This document shows positions 48,780 through 58,998 of a DNA stretch of 64,000 nucleotides, one piece after another. Source of the stretch: Candidatus Bathyarchaeia archaeon (GTDB lineage: Archaea > Thermoproteota > Bathyarchaeia > Bathyarchaeales > Bathycorpusculaceae); the NCBI GenBank assembly GCA_038727135.1, contig JAVYWL010000001.1, positions 736,001-800,000 of the forward strand, given 5' to 3'. The notes under the pieces were generated by a model. That model had not been told where the DNA came from and made no database searches. It saw nothing but the letters and a program-made list of their open reading frames with translations. The stretch's first letter is position 1. Every line of letters starts with the position of its first letter. The position numbers were made by a program, and so were the translations under genes.

Positions 48780-49295
48780 TTGGGTTATTTAGCTGTCTGG
48801 AAAGTTTTAGAAGAAATGATTACAGACTTAAAGAAAAAAGGCACACTGGTTCCAGCGGACATCCTTAACGATTTACGTAACGCGAGAACTCTAATCAATG
48901 TTTTGAAGGCTGACCCCACACGCCTTGAAACAAGCCAAAAAATTGAGGAATACCTAAACAATGTTGAGGCTTACCTCATTTCAGAGGGACAAAGATTCGG
49001 AGACAAATACATTGAAGGATGGGTTAAAAGACTGGAGGAAGCAAGCAGAAAAGTTTTCGATGAGGAGGAAGAGGAAACCCGCTTTGTCCCCGGACTGCCA
49101 AGAGACCAACGTTGGATACGCATTAAGCCCTCCGAAGAAATGCCCATAGAGACTTTAAAGGCTTTGGCTGGTGAATTAAACCTTTCATTTGAAGTGCAAA
49201 GTGACGGCTTCCTACTTGTCTACGGCGAAGACAAGCGCCTCAAAGATTTTGTCAAGAAAATGGCTACAAAATATGGTTTTAAACCCGAAAAGTAG
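48780..49295 (+). CDS. DUF2096-like archaeal protein
   Basis: WKVLEEMITDLKKKG..VPADILNDLRNA...RFVPGLP pattern. Confidence 0.7.
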   Translation: MGYLAVWKVLEEMITDLKKKGTLVPADILNDLRNARTLINVLKADPTRLETSQKIEEYLNNVEAYLISEGQRFGDKYIEGWVKRLEEASRKVFDEEEEETRFVPGLPRDQRWIRIKPSEEMPIETLKALAGELNLSFEVQSDGFLLVYGEDKRLKDFVKKMATKYGFKPEK

Positions 49296-49415
49296 CGTTA
49301 AAAAGTGCATAACCGTTAAAACGTGAAGGATGCAACACTTTTATAGCGAAACAGCACAGAAATCACACTAAAACGGGATGTTCACGGTTTCATCTAGGGG
49401 TGAGGGCCCAGCTTA

Positions 49416-52400
49416 ATGCCCTATATCAAAAAAATAGAAATTAAAGGTTTCAAATCCTTCGGAGAGACGGCAAAAATAGTCCTAGATAAGGGTTTTACAG
49501 CCATAACAGGCCCGAATGGAAGCGGGAAAACAAATGTTGTTGACGCTGTTTTGTTCGCCCTAGGCGAATTAAGCACTAAAAGGCTTCGCGCTGAAAACGC
49601 TGCCAAACTAATTTTTCACGGTTCGGAGAAGGCTGGGCTGGAAAGGGCTAGGATGGCTAAAGTGGTTATACAGTTTGACAACTCCGATGGACGCATACCA
49701 GTTGACACGGCGACTGTCACAATATCCCGCGAAGTCTACCGGAATGGGCAGTCGGTTTATAGGCTTAATGGAAGGCGAATCTCAAGGGTTCACATAATGG
49801 AAATTCTCTCAATCGCTGGCATAAGCTCCACCAGCCAAAACATCGTGTTGCAAGGCACCATAACCCGCCTGACGGATATCTCTCCAATGGAAAGGCGGAA
49901 AATAATCGAAGACCTCGTTGGAATAGCCCAATACGACGCGGAAAAAGCCGAAGCTGAAGAGAAGCTTAGGGCAGCAGACATTTCCATCCGCACTGCCATG
50001 GGAAGAATAGAAGAGGTGCAAAGGCGAGTTGAAGACTTGGAAAGGGAACGCAACGAACTATTGCGGTACAACTTCCTAAAAAATGAGATTAAAAAATTCG
50101 AGGCTGTCAAGCTCTCCCACGACATCGCGCAAATACAAGAAAAGATTAAGCGGGACTCCATTCAAGCCGAGAAGATTAAAAGCAGACTGGAAAAGATTAG
50201 GGCGCTCAGAGACCAGTACAGACAGAAGCGAAGAGAAATAGAAGGCGAATGGCGAAAACTAAGCTCAGAAATAGTCGAAGAAGGCGGTTCTCAAGTTTTT
50301 AGGGTTCAAATGAAAATAGGTGAGCTGAAATCAAAGCTTACAGAACTAGCCACAAAAATAAGCTCTGGAAAAACAAGCCTAGAAGGACTGAAACGGGTTA
50401 GGGAGAACAGCCTCCAACAATACCAGTCCATAAGGAACGAAATCCGCGAGAACAGAATCAAAATTAGGAAGTTAAGAAGTGAATATGAACGCATAATAAG
50501 CCAAATCAACTCTAAGCAAGCGGAACACGATGCCCTTGCACAGGAAGCTGCCCAACTTTGGGAGAGCATAGGCGAAAACAGCAAGAAAATCCGCGAAATA
50601 GAACTTCAACTCGACAGAGACTATAAGCGGCTAGCATTCTTAAGGTCTGAACATGCTAAAAGCCAAACAGCCATCAAAATCCGCGAAAGAAGACTTAGAG
50701 ACCTGAGCGAGCGGAAAGAAAGATTCGCCACAACCCTCAGCGAACTCGGAAAATCCCTCGCAGAGCTAATAAAAGTCCAGAAAGAACAGAAGACGCAGCT
50801 CAAAAATTTGGAGCGTATGCTAGAACGCCGCATAGCCCAAAAAGAAGCCATAGAACGGGAAATAGCTGAAGCTGGAAAAATAGCTGAATCAGCCCGCGAA
50901 GCTGTTGTGGAGTTTGCCACACAGAGGGAACTTGCGGAAACCGTTGCTGCAGAAGAAAAAGCCCTAAAAAGCATAGAAGAGCTTGGCGAATTAGGCGTTA
51001 TTCAAGGCGTCTATGGGCGACTGCGCAACCTAATCAAGATTGATAAGGCTTACCAGCAAGCAATTGAAGTTGCAGCTGGAGGATGGTTGGATGCCTTGGT
51101 TGTTAAGGACTTCGACGCGGCTTTTACATGTACGGAAACCTTGCGCAGAATGAAGCTTGGGAGGATAAAGATAATCCCGCTGGAAGCAGTTTCAACCACA
51201 AAGCCGGTGAAGGTTCCAGAAGGCGGAAACATTAGTGGTGCAGCCTTCTCCTTTGTAAAATGCGCTAAACAATATGAGCCTGCCGTTTACTTTGTTTTTG
51301 GCGACACCATTGTTGTTCCAGAAGATAAAACAGCCTTTGAGCTTTCCAGCAGAGGTTACCGTGTAGTCACGGTGAACGGCGACTTATACGAGCCTGGCGG
51401 CGCTTTAGAAAGTGGTTATTATCGTGCACCCATAGACTTTTCAGCAATAATACCAAGCGAGGCAGCGATAAAAAGCCTAGATGAGGCTGTTAGAGCTTTA
51501 CAGCAACACCTTTCCAGACGTGGAAGTGACATAGCAACTCTTGAGGAGGAAATAGACAGAACCAGAGTTGAAATTGCCCGCTTGTCCGAAGCCATAACAA
51601 CACTTGATAGGGAAATCTCCCGCGTGAAAAGAAGCATAAAAAGAACAAAGTCAAACGTCAGAAGAATAGAGTCCAACATAAAGCGCATTGAAGGCGAGAT
51701 TGAGGCTGAAAAGGCAAAAATATGGACTTATAGGGCTGAAAGAAGCACATTGCAAAAGGAGATACGCAAACTTCAAAGCGAGTTAGCGAGCCTAAGGCGG
51801 AAGGTCGACCCCGCAAACATTCAAGAGATGGAGGTTAAACGTGAAAAGCTGGCGGAGGAAATAAACACTTTAAGGCAGAAGCTTGGAGCAGTCCAAACAG
51901 AAATTTCAACCCTTCAGTCACAGTTTGACAATGTTTTAAGAGTGGGTTATAAAAATGCTAAAATCCAGCTGGCAAAAGTTGAGCAGCAACTACGGAAAGT
52001 CGAAAGCGAAGTTGAGGAGGCGCTCCAAGAGAGGGAAAAACTAAAGCAAGAGCTAGCTGAGCTGGAGAAAAGCCGCATCGAACTCTCGAAAACTGTTCTA
52101 TCGGCAAAGGAGGAGGCTCAAAAATTCTCAAACCAACTAGACGAGATAGATAAGGAACTCCGCAAAATCGAAGCTGAATATGAGGAAACAGACCGGCTGC
52201 TAAACCAGTACCAGCTAAACATCCAAACATCCATGATACAACTGGAACAGTGGCGGAACCAGCTTAGGCAATTTGGCTATGAAAAACCCCTAGAGGTCAC
52301 AGTCAAAGAAGTTGAAGAGGCAGAAGCCTCATTACGGATGCTCCAATTCGAACTGGAGCGGATAAGCGGTGTCAACCAGCTTGCGCTTTCCCACTATGCC

Positions 52401-52964
52401 GAGCAAATCTCCCGTTACAAGGAGCTCTCCTTGAGGATGAATGAGCTGGAAAGGGAGAAGCAAGCCATCCTAAAGTTTATGGAGGAAATTGAAAGCAAAA
52501 AGCATAAGGTGTTCACGGAAGCCTTTGAAAAAATAAACCAAAACCTGCAAAAGTACTTCTCCAAACTTACCGGCGGTGGGGCAGCCAATCTAATTTTGGA
52601 GAATCCAGAAGAGCCCTTTTCCGGTGGCATAGACATGATCGTCCAGTTTCCCAACAAGCCGTCCATCGTGGTCAGCGGTGCCAGCGGTGGTGAACGTTCA
52701 GTGGCAGCCGTAGCCTTTCTCTTCGCCATAAAAGACTTCACACCAGCATCCTTCTACATACTTGACGAGATTGACGCACACCTAGACGCTTTCCACGTGT
52801 CAAGACTTGCTGACGTCTTGCTAGAGGAGTCCGAGAAAGCCCAATTTATTGTTATTACGTTAAAGCCTGAAATGGTTAACAAAGCTCAAAAGGTCTATGG
52901 GGTTTACGGGCGCAACGGCGTTTCATATGTTGTTTCAGCCAAGTTCCTAGAGGTGCCAAGCTAG
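49416..52964 (+). CDS. smc: Chromosome segregation protein SMC
   Basis: GFKSF, GPNGSGKT, long coiled coils, hinge, ASGGERS, LDEIDAHLD. Confidence 0.97.
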   Translation: MPYIKKIEIKGFKSFGETAKIVLDKGFTAITGPNGSGKTNVVDAVLFALGELSTKRLRAENAAKLIFHGSEKAGLERARMAKVVIQFDNSDGRIPVDTATVTISREVYRNGQSVYRLNGRRISRVHIMEILSIAGISSTSQNIVLQGTITRLTDISPMERRKIIEDLVGIAQYDAEKAEAEEKLRAADISIRTAMGRIEEVQRRVEDLERERNELLRYNFLKNEIKKFEAVKLSHDIAQIQEKIKRDSIQAEKIKSRLEKIRALRDQYRQKRREIEGEWRKLSSEIVEEGGSQVFRVQMKIGELKSKLTELATKISSGKTSLEGLKRVRENSLQQYQSIRNEIRENRIKIRKLRSEYERIISQINSKQAEHDALAQEAAQLWESIGENSKKIREIELQLDRDYKRLAFLRSEHAKSQTAIKIRERRLRDLSERKERFATTLSELGKSLAELIKVQKEQKTQLKNLERMLERRIAQKEAIEREIAEAGKIAESAREAVVEFATQRELAETVAAEEKALKSIEELGELGVIQGVYGRLRNLIKIDKAYQQAIEVAAGGWLDALVVKDFDAAFTCTETLRRMKLGRIKIIPLEAVSTTKPVKVPEGGNISGAAFSFVKCAKQYEPAVYFVFGDTIVVPEDKTAFELSSRGYRVVTVNGDLYEPGGALESGYYRAPIDFSAIIPSEAAIKSLDEAVRALQQHLSRRGSDIATLEEEIDRTRVEIARLSEAITTLDREISRVKRSIKRTKSNVRRIESNIKRIEGEIEAEKAKIWTYRAERSTLQKEIRKLQSELASLRRKVDPANIQEMEVKREKLAEEINTLRQKLGAVQTEISTLQSQFDNVLRVGYKNAKIQLAKVEQQLRKVESEVEEALQEREKLKQELAELEKSRIELSKTVLSAKEEAQKFSNQLDEIDKELRKIEAEYEETDRLLNQYQLNIQTSMIQLEQWRNQLRQFGYEKPLEVTVKEVEEAEASLRMLQFELERISGVNQLALSHYAEQISRYKELSLRMNELEREKQAILKFMEEIESKKHKVFTEAFEKINQNLQKYFSKLTGGGAANLILENPEEPFSGGIDMIVQFPNKPSIVVSGASGGERSVAAVAFLFAIKDFTPASFYILDEIDAHLDAFHVSRLADVLLEESEKAQFIVITLKPEMVNKAQKVYGVYGRNGVSYVVSAKFLEVPS

Positions 52965-52965
52965 A

Positions 52966-53661
52966 ATGGCAGCAACCATCAAAAAGCCCTTTTACCTTCG
53001 TCCGCCATGGAACATCCTCTTCGAGTTCCACAAACTTGAAAAGTTAACGCCATGGAACATAAACATAGCTTATCTGCTAACAACTTTCCTAGAAGAGATG
53101 GAGAAAACCGGACAGATTGATTTTAGGGCTTCAGGCGTAGCCTTAGACTCTTCAGCCCTCATATATCTAATGAAGTCAAAGCTTCTCCTAAAACTTGAGG
53201 AGCCGCCACCACCGCCAAAGCCACCATTAGACTTTATCCCACCACCACTCCTTCTGCCGCTAAGACACGAGCTAACATCAACAACTATACGCCACTTACT
53301 AGAGGTGTTGGACGACGTTTTAAAGGGGGAAGCACTCTTTCGCCTAGAAAAAACCCCGGCGGAGCCTATTCTGCCAGCCCCTTCTGAAATCTTCCCACAA
53401 ATAGATTATTACCTCATGGAAATTGAGCTTCAAATGGAAAGGCTCTACAAGTCCCTCTACGAAATGGTGAAGGGTTCTGGAATAATTCAGTTTTCAACCA
53501 TAATTGGGGGAATGGCGCGCCTTGAAGCCATACGCACATTCATTCTCTTACTCTTCTTGGCTCAAGAGGGAAAAGTAAGCCTTTACCAAGACGAAGAAAC
53601 AGAAGAAATATACATCACAATTGGAGGACAAGACGCTGCAAATGAAAGCCCAATCCAATGA
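52966..53661 (+). CDS. scpA: Kleisin ScpA
   Basis: PWNINI, FRASG..LMKS, C-terminal FILLLFLA..LYQ; directly after smc. Confidence 0.88.
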   Translation: MAATIKKPFYLRPPWNILFEFHKLEKLTPWNINIAYLLTTFLEEMEKTGQIDFRASGVALDSSALIYLMKSKLLLKLEEPPPPPKPPLDFIPPPLLLPLRHELTSTTIRHLLEVLDDVLKGEALFRLEKTPAEPILPAPSEIFPQIDYYLMEIELQMERLYKSLYEMVKGSGIIQFSTIIGGMARLEAIRTFILLLFLAQEGKVSLYQDEETEEIYITIGGQDAANESPIQ

Positions 53662-54223
53662 TGCAGGAAAAACCGTCAGCGATCTTGCACTAGTTGAGGC
53701 TGCGATGTATGTTGCTGGTCGCCCCCTAGACCTCTCAGAAATATGCTCAGTTCTAAAAACCCGCTCGAGAAATAAGGCTAAGCGGCTTGTAAAAATGTTG
53801 ATGCAAGAATATGCAAAAAGGGACACAGCCCTAGAGATTCTCGAACTAAAGGATGAGAGATTCGTTTTACAACTCAAAGCAGAATTTACACCCTATGTCC
53901 GAAAACTTGTTAAGAAGCCGTTGCTCTCCACTGGTCCGTTAAAGACGCTTTCCTACATTGCTTTGAGACAGCCAGTCTCTCAGAAGCGGGTTGTTGAAGT
54001 TCGGGGACACCACGCCTACGGACATATTAAACTGCTAGAGGAAATGGGCTTAGTCGCTGTGGAACGTAAAGGGCGTGCCTCCATTTTAAGGACGACGGAT
54101 TACTTTGCAGACTATTTTGGTTTAAGCCACGATATTCCAACTATGAAGAGGGAGCTGAAAAGAATTTTGGAAGGAGAAAAAGCTTCGGAAGAAGCCACTC
54201 AAACATCAACTTTAAACGTTTAG
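53642..54223 (+). CDS. scpB: SMC-Scp complex subunit ScpB
   Basis: VEAAMYVAGRPL, TLSYIALRQPV, VRG, TTDYFADYFGL. Confidence 0.93.
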   Translation: MKAQSNDAGKTVSDLALVEAAMYVAGRPLDLSEICSVLKTRSRNKAKRLVKMLMQEYAKRDTALEILELKDERFVLQLKAEFTPYVRKLVKKPLLSTGPLKTLSYIALRQPVSQKRVVEVRGHHAYGHIKLLEEMGLVAVERKGRASILRTTDYFADYFGLSHDIPTMKRELKRILEGEKASEEATQTSTLNV

Positions 54224-54312
54224 CATTTTAAAAACGGATAGGTTTATATGCAAATTAGCGTGATAGTGAACAAGCCCGTAAAGTATCAACCAACCAGAAG
54301 AGAGGATTAGAA

Positions 54313-54711
54313 ATGTCAGTTTGGCACGGCGACCTACACAAAAGAAAACCAACAGGAGGTAAAAGACGACCATACCGTGGGAAAAGAAAATTTGAACAAG
54401 GCTCATTCCCAGTGGAAACGGTTTTAGGCGAACCTAAAAGAAAAGTTGAGCGGGGAAGGGGCGGCAACATCAAGGTGAAAGTTTTAAGCGAAAAATACGC
54501 TTGCGTAACAGACCTAAAAACTGGAAAAACAGAAAAAGCCGAAATTCTGCGAGTTGTTAAAAACCCAGCGAACGTTGACTACGACAGAAGAGGCGTAATA
54601 ACAAAAGGCGCCATAATAGAAACATCACTTGGCTTGGCACGGGTAACATCCAGACCGGGTCAAAACGGCGTAATAAACGCTGTCTTAATAGGCGAAGAAG
54701 AGGCAAGCTAA
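54313..54711 (+). CDS. rps8e: 30S ribosomal protein S8e
   Basis: RKPTGG, RGGNIK, TKGAII, TSRPGQNG. Confidence 0.97.
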   Translation: MSVWHGDLHKRKPTGGKRRPYRGKRKFEQGSFPVETVLGEPKRKVERGRGGNIKVKVLSEKYACVTDLKTGKTEKAEILRVVKNPANVDYDRRGVITKGAIIETSLGLARVTSRPGQNGVINAVLIGEEEAS

Positions 54712-54716
54712 CCAGC

Positions 54717-55025
54717 CTAAGCAGATTTCGCCGTAATCGCGGCACCGCGAATTTTCTGCAACTGTCTTGCAATTTTCTTAAGCAACTGATTTTTAGCTTC
54801 CTTTTTGGCTACCAATAGCATGCCAGTTTTAAGCCAAGGAGTCTTCGGATAACTCACATCCACCACAAGTTCACATTCTAAACCAAGCTTTTCCGCTGCT
54901 TCCTTAAGTTCCGTGATTTTGGGAGAAGGCACAGCCAAGCTCTTCGATATTTTTCTTCCTTCTCCTCTGGTTTTTGTCGAATCAAAGTATGCTGGCCACA
55001 AAATAACCTTATCTTGCTTACGCAT
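54717..55025 (-). CDS. srp19: Signal recognition particle protein Srp19
   Basis: WPAYFDSTKTRGEGRK, YPKTPW. Confidence 0.93.
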   Translation of the reverse strand: MRKQDKVILWPAYFDSTKTRGEGRKISKSLAVPSPKITELKEAAEKLGLECELVVDVSYPKTPWLKTGMLLVAKKEAKNQLLKKIARQLQKIRGAAITAKSA

Positions 55026-55034
55026 CCAACATCC

Positions 55035-56795
55035 CTACTTATGCGCATAATAAGCCGTAATTTTAGCGTTAACTGTGTCTATTCTCACAAAGCCGAACCT
55101 TTCAAACTGCACTATGTCGTTCGGCTTTAAGTCTTTGCATGCTTTTTCAGCTATTCCCTCGGTTATAGTGGCATCTGGCATTATAACTTGACAAGGCATG
55201 TCCATCCCCATTGGCACCCAATGAATTAGAGGCGCTTCAACTTTCCTAGCCTCTTCATAGGACTCGCTTTCAAAATCAGCCTCAATAGAATAGGCTTCAA
55301 CCTGCTCAATCTTTATGTTGAACAACTCCATAAGCCGAACAACCTTTCCCACAGCCAAAACCTTCAAATCCATTCTTGAAATCCAAAACAGAGCCTCGCC
55401 ATCAGCCTCAGAAGGCTTTATTACGTATTCTTTAAAGCCTCTTTCTGGATACTCTGGATGTAAACGAAGCTTAACCGTAAATGTTCGCGGAATATGCCTA
55501 ACCAAAAGCTGAACCGGATTCGGCACAAAAAAGTACCTATTCACTTTTGGATCTAGGATTTTGCGATTATAAGCGTAAAGGTTCTCCCAGCTCAAAACAA
55601 CATCGGAAGTTTTCGGGCCTACATCAGTTATGAGCTTCTTGATGGCCGCGGGGATTATTCCACGCCTCCTCAAGGCTGCAAAAGTCGCCAGTCTGGGGTC
55701 ATCCCATCCCTTGTATAGGCCTTCCCTTATTCCTTGAACGATTTTTGACTTGCTTAGATGTGCGCCTTTAATCTTCAGTCTGCCGTAGTGAATTGCCTCC
55801 GGATAACGCCAGCCCAAATGCCTATACATGTACTCCTGCCGGACCATATTTGTTAGGTGTTCTTTGCCTCGTATTATGTGGGTTACACCCATTAAATGGT
55901 CGTCTAATCCGCATGCAAAATTGTAGAGGGGCCAGACGCGATATCTTGTTCCAACCCTTGGATGTGGATATTGTTCGATGTCTATTACGCGGAGGGCTGG
56001 CCAGTCTCTGACGGCTGGGTTTGGATGGGTTAAGTCTGTTTTGATACGTACTACTGCTTCGCCTTCTTTATATTTGCCTTCAAGCATGCTGTCCCATCTT
56101 TCAAGATGCTCCTCTGGCGGTAAGTTGCGGCATGGGCAAGGCTTATGGGCTAGCACTTTTTCTCTGAAGGCTTGTGGTTGGCATGTGCAAACGTAGGCGT
56201 TGCCGTCCTCCAGCAGCTTTTTCGCATATTCATAGTAAATGGGGACTCTGTCGCTTTGAATATATTCCTCATCAGGTTTACACTCTAACCATTCCAAGTC
56301 TTCCCTAATTCGGTCGTAAAACTCCAGAACAGGCCTTTTCAGCTTGGGGTCTGTATCCTCAAAGCGCAAAATGAACTTGCCATTATACATGCGGGCATAC
56401 TCGTAACAGAGTACTATGGCTCTAGCGGAGCCCAAGTGCAGAACACAGTCAGGGTTTGGCGAGAAACGTGTGACAATTTCCCGGTACTTGTCAGCGTTCG
56501 GCAATGGAGGGAGCTTCTTCTCCTCTTCTTCAACCTTTTCTTTTGTGAGGGTTTCAGGCCACTTCTCTTCGACAATCCGTATCTGTTCGCTTAACGAGAG
56601 ACTGTTGACCTCATCAACAACCTCTTTTATTAGGGCGGTTAGCTCCTTTGCTTTGGTTCGCAATTCTGGCCTTTCAGCTAAAACCTTTCCTACAACCGGG
56701 CCTGTCTGGGCTTTTCCGTCATGCCTTATGGCGTTTAGTAACGCAAACTTTCGAATAATCTCCCTTAATTCTTCGTCCTCCCTAATCTGGTTCAA
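55035..56795 (-). CDS. gltX: Glutamate--tRNA ligase
   Basis: RFSPNP..LHLG, RFEDTDP, IRGKEH, LSKS, QFERFGF. Confidence 0.97.
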   Translation of the reverse strand: MNQIREDEELREIIRKFALLNAIRHDGKAQTGPVVGKVLAERPELRTKAKELTALIKEVVDEVNSLSLSEQIRIVEEKWPETLTKEKVEEEEKKLPPLPNADKYREIVTRFSPNPDCVLHLGSARAIVLCYEYARMYNGKFILRFEDTDPKLKRPVLEFYDRIREDLEWLECKPDEEYIQSDRVPIYYEYAKKLLEDGNAYVCTCQPQAFREKVLAHKPCPCRNLPPEEHLERWDSMLEGKYKEGEAVVRIKTDLTHPNPAVRDWPALRVIDIEQYPHPRVGTRYRVWPLYNFACGLDDHLMGVTHIIRGKEHLTNMVRQEYMYRHLGWRYPEAIHYGRLKIKGAHLSKSKIVQGIREGLYKGWDDPRLATFAALRRRGIIPAAIKKLITDVGPKTSDVVLSWENLYAYNRKILDPKVNRYFFVPNPVQLLVRHIPRTFTVKLRLHPEYPERGFKEYVIKPSEADGEALFWISRMDLKVLAVGKVVRLMELFNIKIEQVEAYSIEADFESESYEEARKVEAPLIHWVPMGMDMPCQVIMPDATITEGIAEKACKDLKPNDIVQFERFGFVRIDTVNAKITAYYAHK

Positions 56796-56811
56796 GGCTT
56801 AACACGACGCT

Positions 56812-57888
56812 TCAAATCTTTCTCTCAATAAGGAATCTTGCAAAAGCGTTTAACTTTTCCTTTGCTTCCGACTCTGGAAGAAGTTTTTCCACATTTTTCC
56901 AGCTTTCTTCAACAATTTTTCTGGCAAAGTTTTTCGCATATTCAATTGAGCCATACTTTTGCATTATCGCTATTGCCTCATCCCTCAACTTCTGGTCTGA
57001 AGTATGCATCCTTAAAATCTCAATTAGCCTTTTTCTGTCCTTAGCGTTTGCAACCTTTAATGTATGAATCACGATGAGGGTGCGTTTTCCCTCTGTTATA
57101 TCTTGTCCTCTTCCACCTTTTTTCTCGGCAAACTCCTCTCCGATCAAATCCAGCACATCATCCTGTATTTGGAAGGCAACTCCTATGCTTTCTGCAAAGT
57201 GTCCAAGCTTCTCAACAAGCTCGTCTGGGGCGTCAGCCACCACAGCGGCGATTTTGGCAGCCATCCTCGCTAAAGTCCCGGTCTTGTAGGCGCACATCTG
57301 TAAATAGTTTTCTTCTTTTAACTGGTCGGCGTTCGCCAAGCCCTTGTGCCAGGCTATGTCCATGGCTTGTCCTAGGCTGAGGTTTATCATTTCTTGCACA
57401 TAAATCTCATAAATTCTCGCAAGCTTCTCGGAGCCAAGCTTCTCACGGTTTTCCATCAATGGCAAAAGTGGGAGGTAATACATGGTGTTTCCAGCGTTTA
57501 TGGCTATGTCCAAACCGTAAATTTTGTATGTGCATGGCTTACCTCTGCGGAATTCGGAGGCGTCTTCAATGTCGTCTATCATTAACGTTCCGTTGTGCAC
57601 AACTTCAGGGATTATGGCATAATCCACATAGTCTTCAGGATTTTTGCCCAAAGCCTCACATATTAGCAGGAAGAGGGTTGGACGCCACCTTTTTCCACCT
57701 CTGTCAAGAAACTCCCAAATTGGTTCAGCCACAGCCTTGTTTATCGCCTCGATGTTGTATGCGTATTTTGGCGGGCTAATTTTGAAGATGATAGCCTCCT
57801 TTGAGAAGATTCTTGGTATGTACTTCTCAATAGCCTTGTTTATGATGGCTGCCTTTTCTTCAAGAAGCTTTTCTATGTCAAAACTCAA
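56812..57888 (-). CDS. idsA: Geranylgeranyl diphosphate/polyprenyl synthase
   Basis: GGKRWRP, DDIED..RRG, GQAMD, KT, FQIQDD, EGK. Confidence 0.92.
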   Translation of the reverse strand: MSFDIEKLLEEKAAIINKAIEKYIPRIFSKEAIIFKISPPKYAYNIEAINKAVAEPIWEFLDRGGKRWRPTLFLLICEALGKNPEDYVDYAIIPEVVHNGTLMIDDIEDASEFRRGKPCTYKIYGLDIAINAGNTMYYLPLLPLMENREKLGSEKLARIYEIYVQEMINLSLGQAMDIAWHKGLANADQLKEENYLQMCAYKTGTLARMAAKIAAVVADAPDELVEKLGHFAESIGVAFQIQDDVLDLIGEEFAEKKGGRGQDITEGKRTLIVIHTLKVANAKDRKRLIEILRMHTSDQKLRDEAIAIMQKYGSIEYAKNFARKIVEESWKNVEKLLPESEAKEKLNAFARFLIERKI

Positions 57889-57897
57889 GGTTAACCC

Positions 57898-58995
57898 TCA
57901 CCCTCTTCTCGCATAAACTTCTATGTCAAAGCCCCTTAACCTAAGCCACTCAGCCGTCTTCCCAACAATCACGAGGGACACTTTATGCAGCTGCTGAGTA
58001 TTTTCAGCCCCAACGAGAAACATAGTGTTCCTAAGCTCTTCTAACAATATACGCAACATTTTTCTTGTTTGTCTAACGCCTTCAACAGCCACCTGCAAAA
58101 CCGGTTGTGCAAGAGCCGCGAGGCTTGCCCCCAAAGCTAGAGCTTTAGCTGCATCCAATCCACTGCGCACTCCACCAGAGGCTATAACTGGGATGCTGAC
58201 AGTTTGTGCAACTTCAACTATGCTTATCGCTGTTGGTATCCCCCAATCCCAAAAAACTTCGCCTAACCTGCGATTGTAGGCGTTTCTCCTACCTTTTGCA
58301 CGAAAATACTCTACTGCGGCAAAGCTTGTGCCGCCGGCACCACTTACATCAATGCCCTTTACACCAGCAGCCTCAAGCTTTTTCGCTTCTTCCGCGGCTA
58401 TACCTGCTCCAGTTTCTTTCACAATTACCGGTTTGTCAAGCTCTTTGGCAATTTCACTTATCTTTTCAAGCACTCCCTTAAAGCTTGTTTCGCCTTCCGG
58501 CTGCACAGCCTCTTGAAGAGGGTTCAAGTGTATGGCTAGGGCATCAGCGTCAATCATTTCTATGGCTTTTCTTGCCTCTTTTATGTTGTAGCCTTTGGCG
58601 AGTTGTATTCCACCGATGTTCGCCATTAAGAAGGCTGTGGGCGCTTTTTTCCTAACTATTGCAAAGGTTTTCTCTAGCCTTCGGTCTTCTAATGCAGCCC
58701 TTTGACTTCCAACGCCCATTCCAAGCCCAAATTCCTCAACAACAGTGGCTATTGTAGCGTTAATTTTCCTAGCTTCGCTTGTTCCACCGGTTATAGCGCT
58801 GACTATTATTGGTGCAGAAAACTTGTGGTTAAAAACCGTTGTTGAAAGGTTTATCTTGTCCTTGTTAACCTCCGGTAAGGCTCTGTGAACAAAGTACACG
58901 TCTTCAAATCCCGTCGTGATCTTTTTTGCTTGGACATTGCAGGTTGTGGCTATGCGGATGTGGTCTGCTTTACGCTTTCTGGTTTTTTCAGCCAA
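57898..58995 (-). CDS. fni: Type 2 isopentenyl-diphosphate delta-isomerase
   Basis: RKADH, GVGSQR, HLNPLQE, KETGAG, GGTSF, SGGVR. Confidence 0.96.
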   Translation of the reverse strand: MAEKTRKRKADHIRIATTCNVQAKKITTGFEDVYFVHRALPEVNKDKINLSTTVFNHKFSAPIIVSAITGGTSEARKINATIATVVEEFGLGMGVGSQRAALEDRRLEKTFAIVRKKAPTAFLMANIGGIQLAKGYNIKEARKAIEMIDADALAIHLNPLQEAVQPEGETSFKGVLEKISEIAKELDKPVIVKETGAGIAAEEAKKLEAAGVKGIDVSGAGGTSFAAVEYFRAKGRRNAYNRRLGEVFWDWGIPTAISIVEVAQTVSIPVIASGGVRSGLDAAKALALGASLAALAQPVLQVAVEGVRQTRKMLRILLEELRNTMFLVGAENTQQLHKVSLVIVGKTAEWLRLRGFDIEVYARRG

Positions 58996-58998
58996 ACT

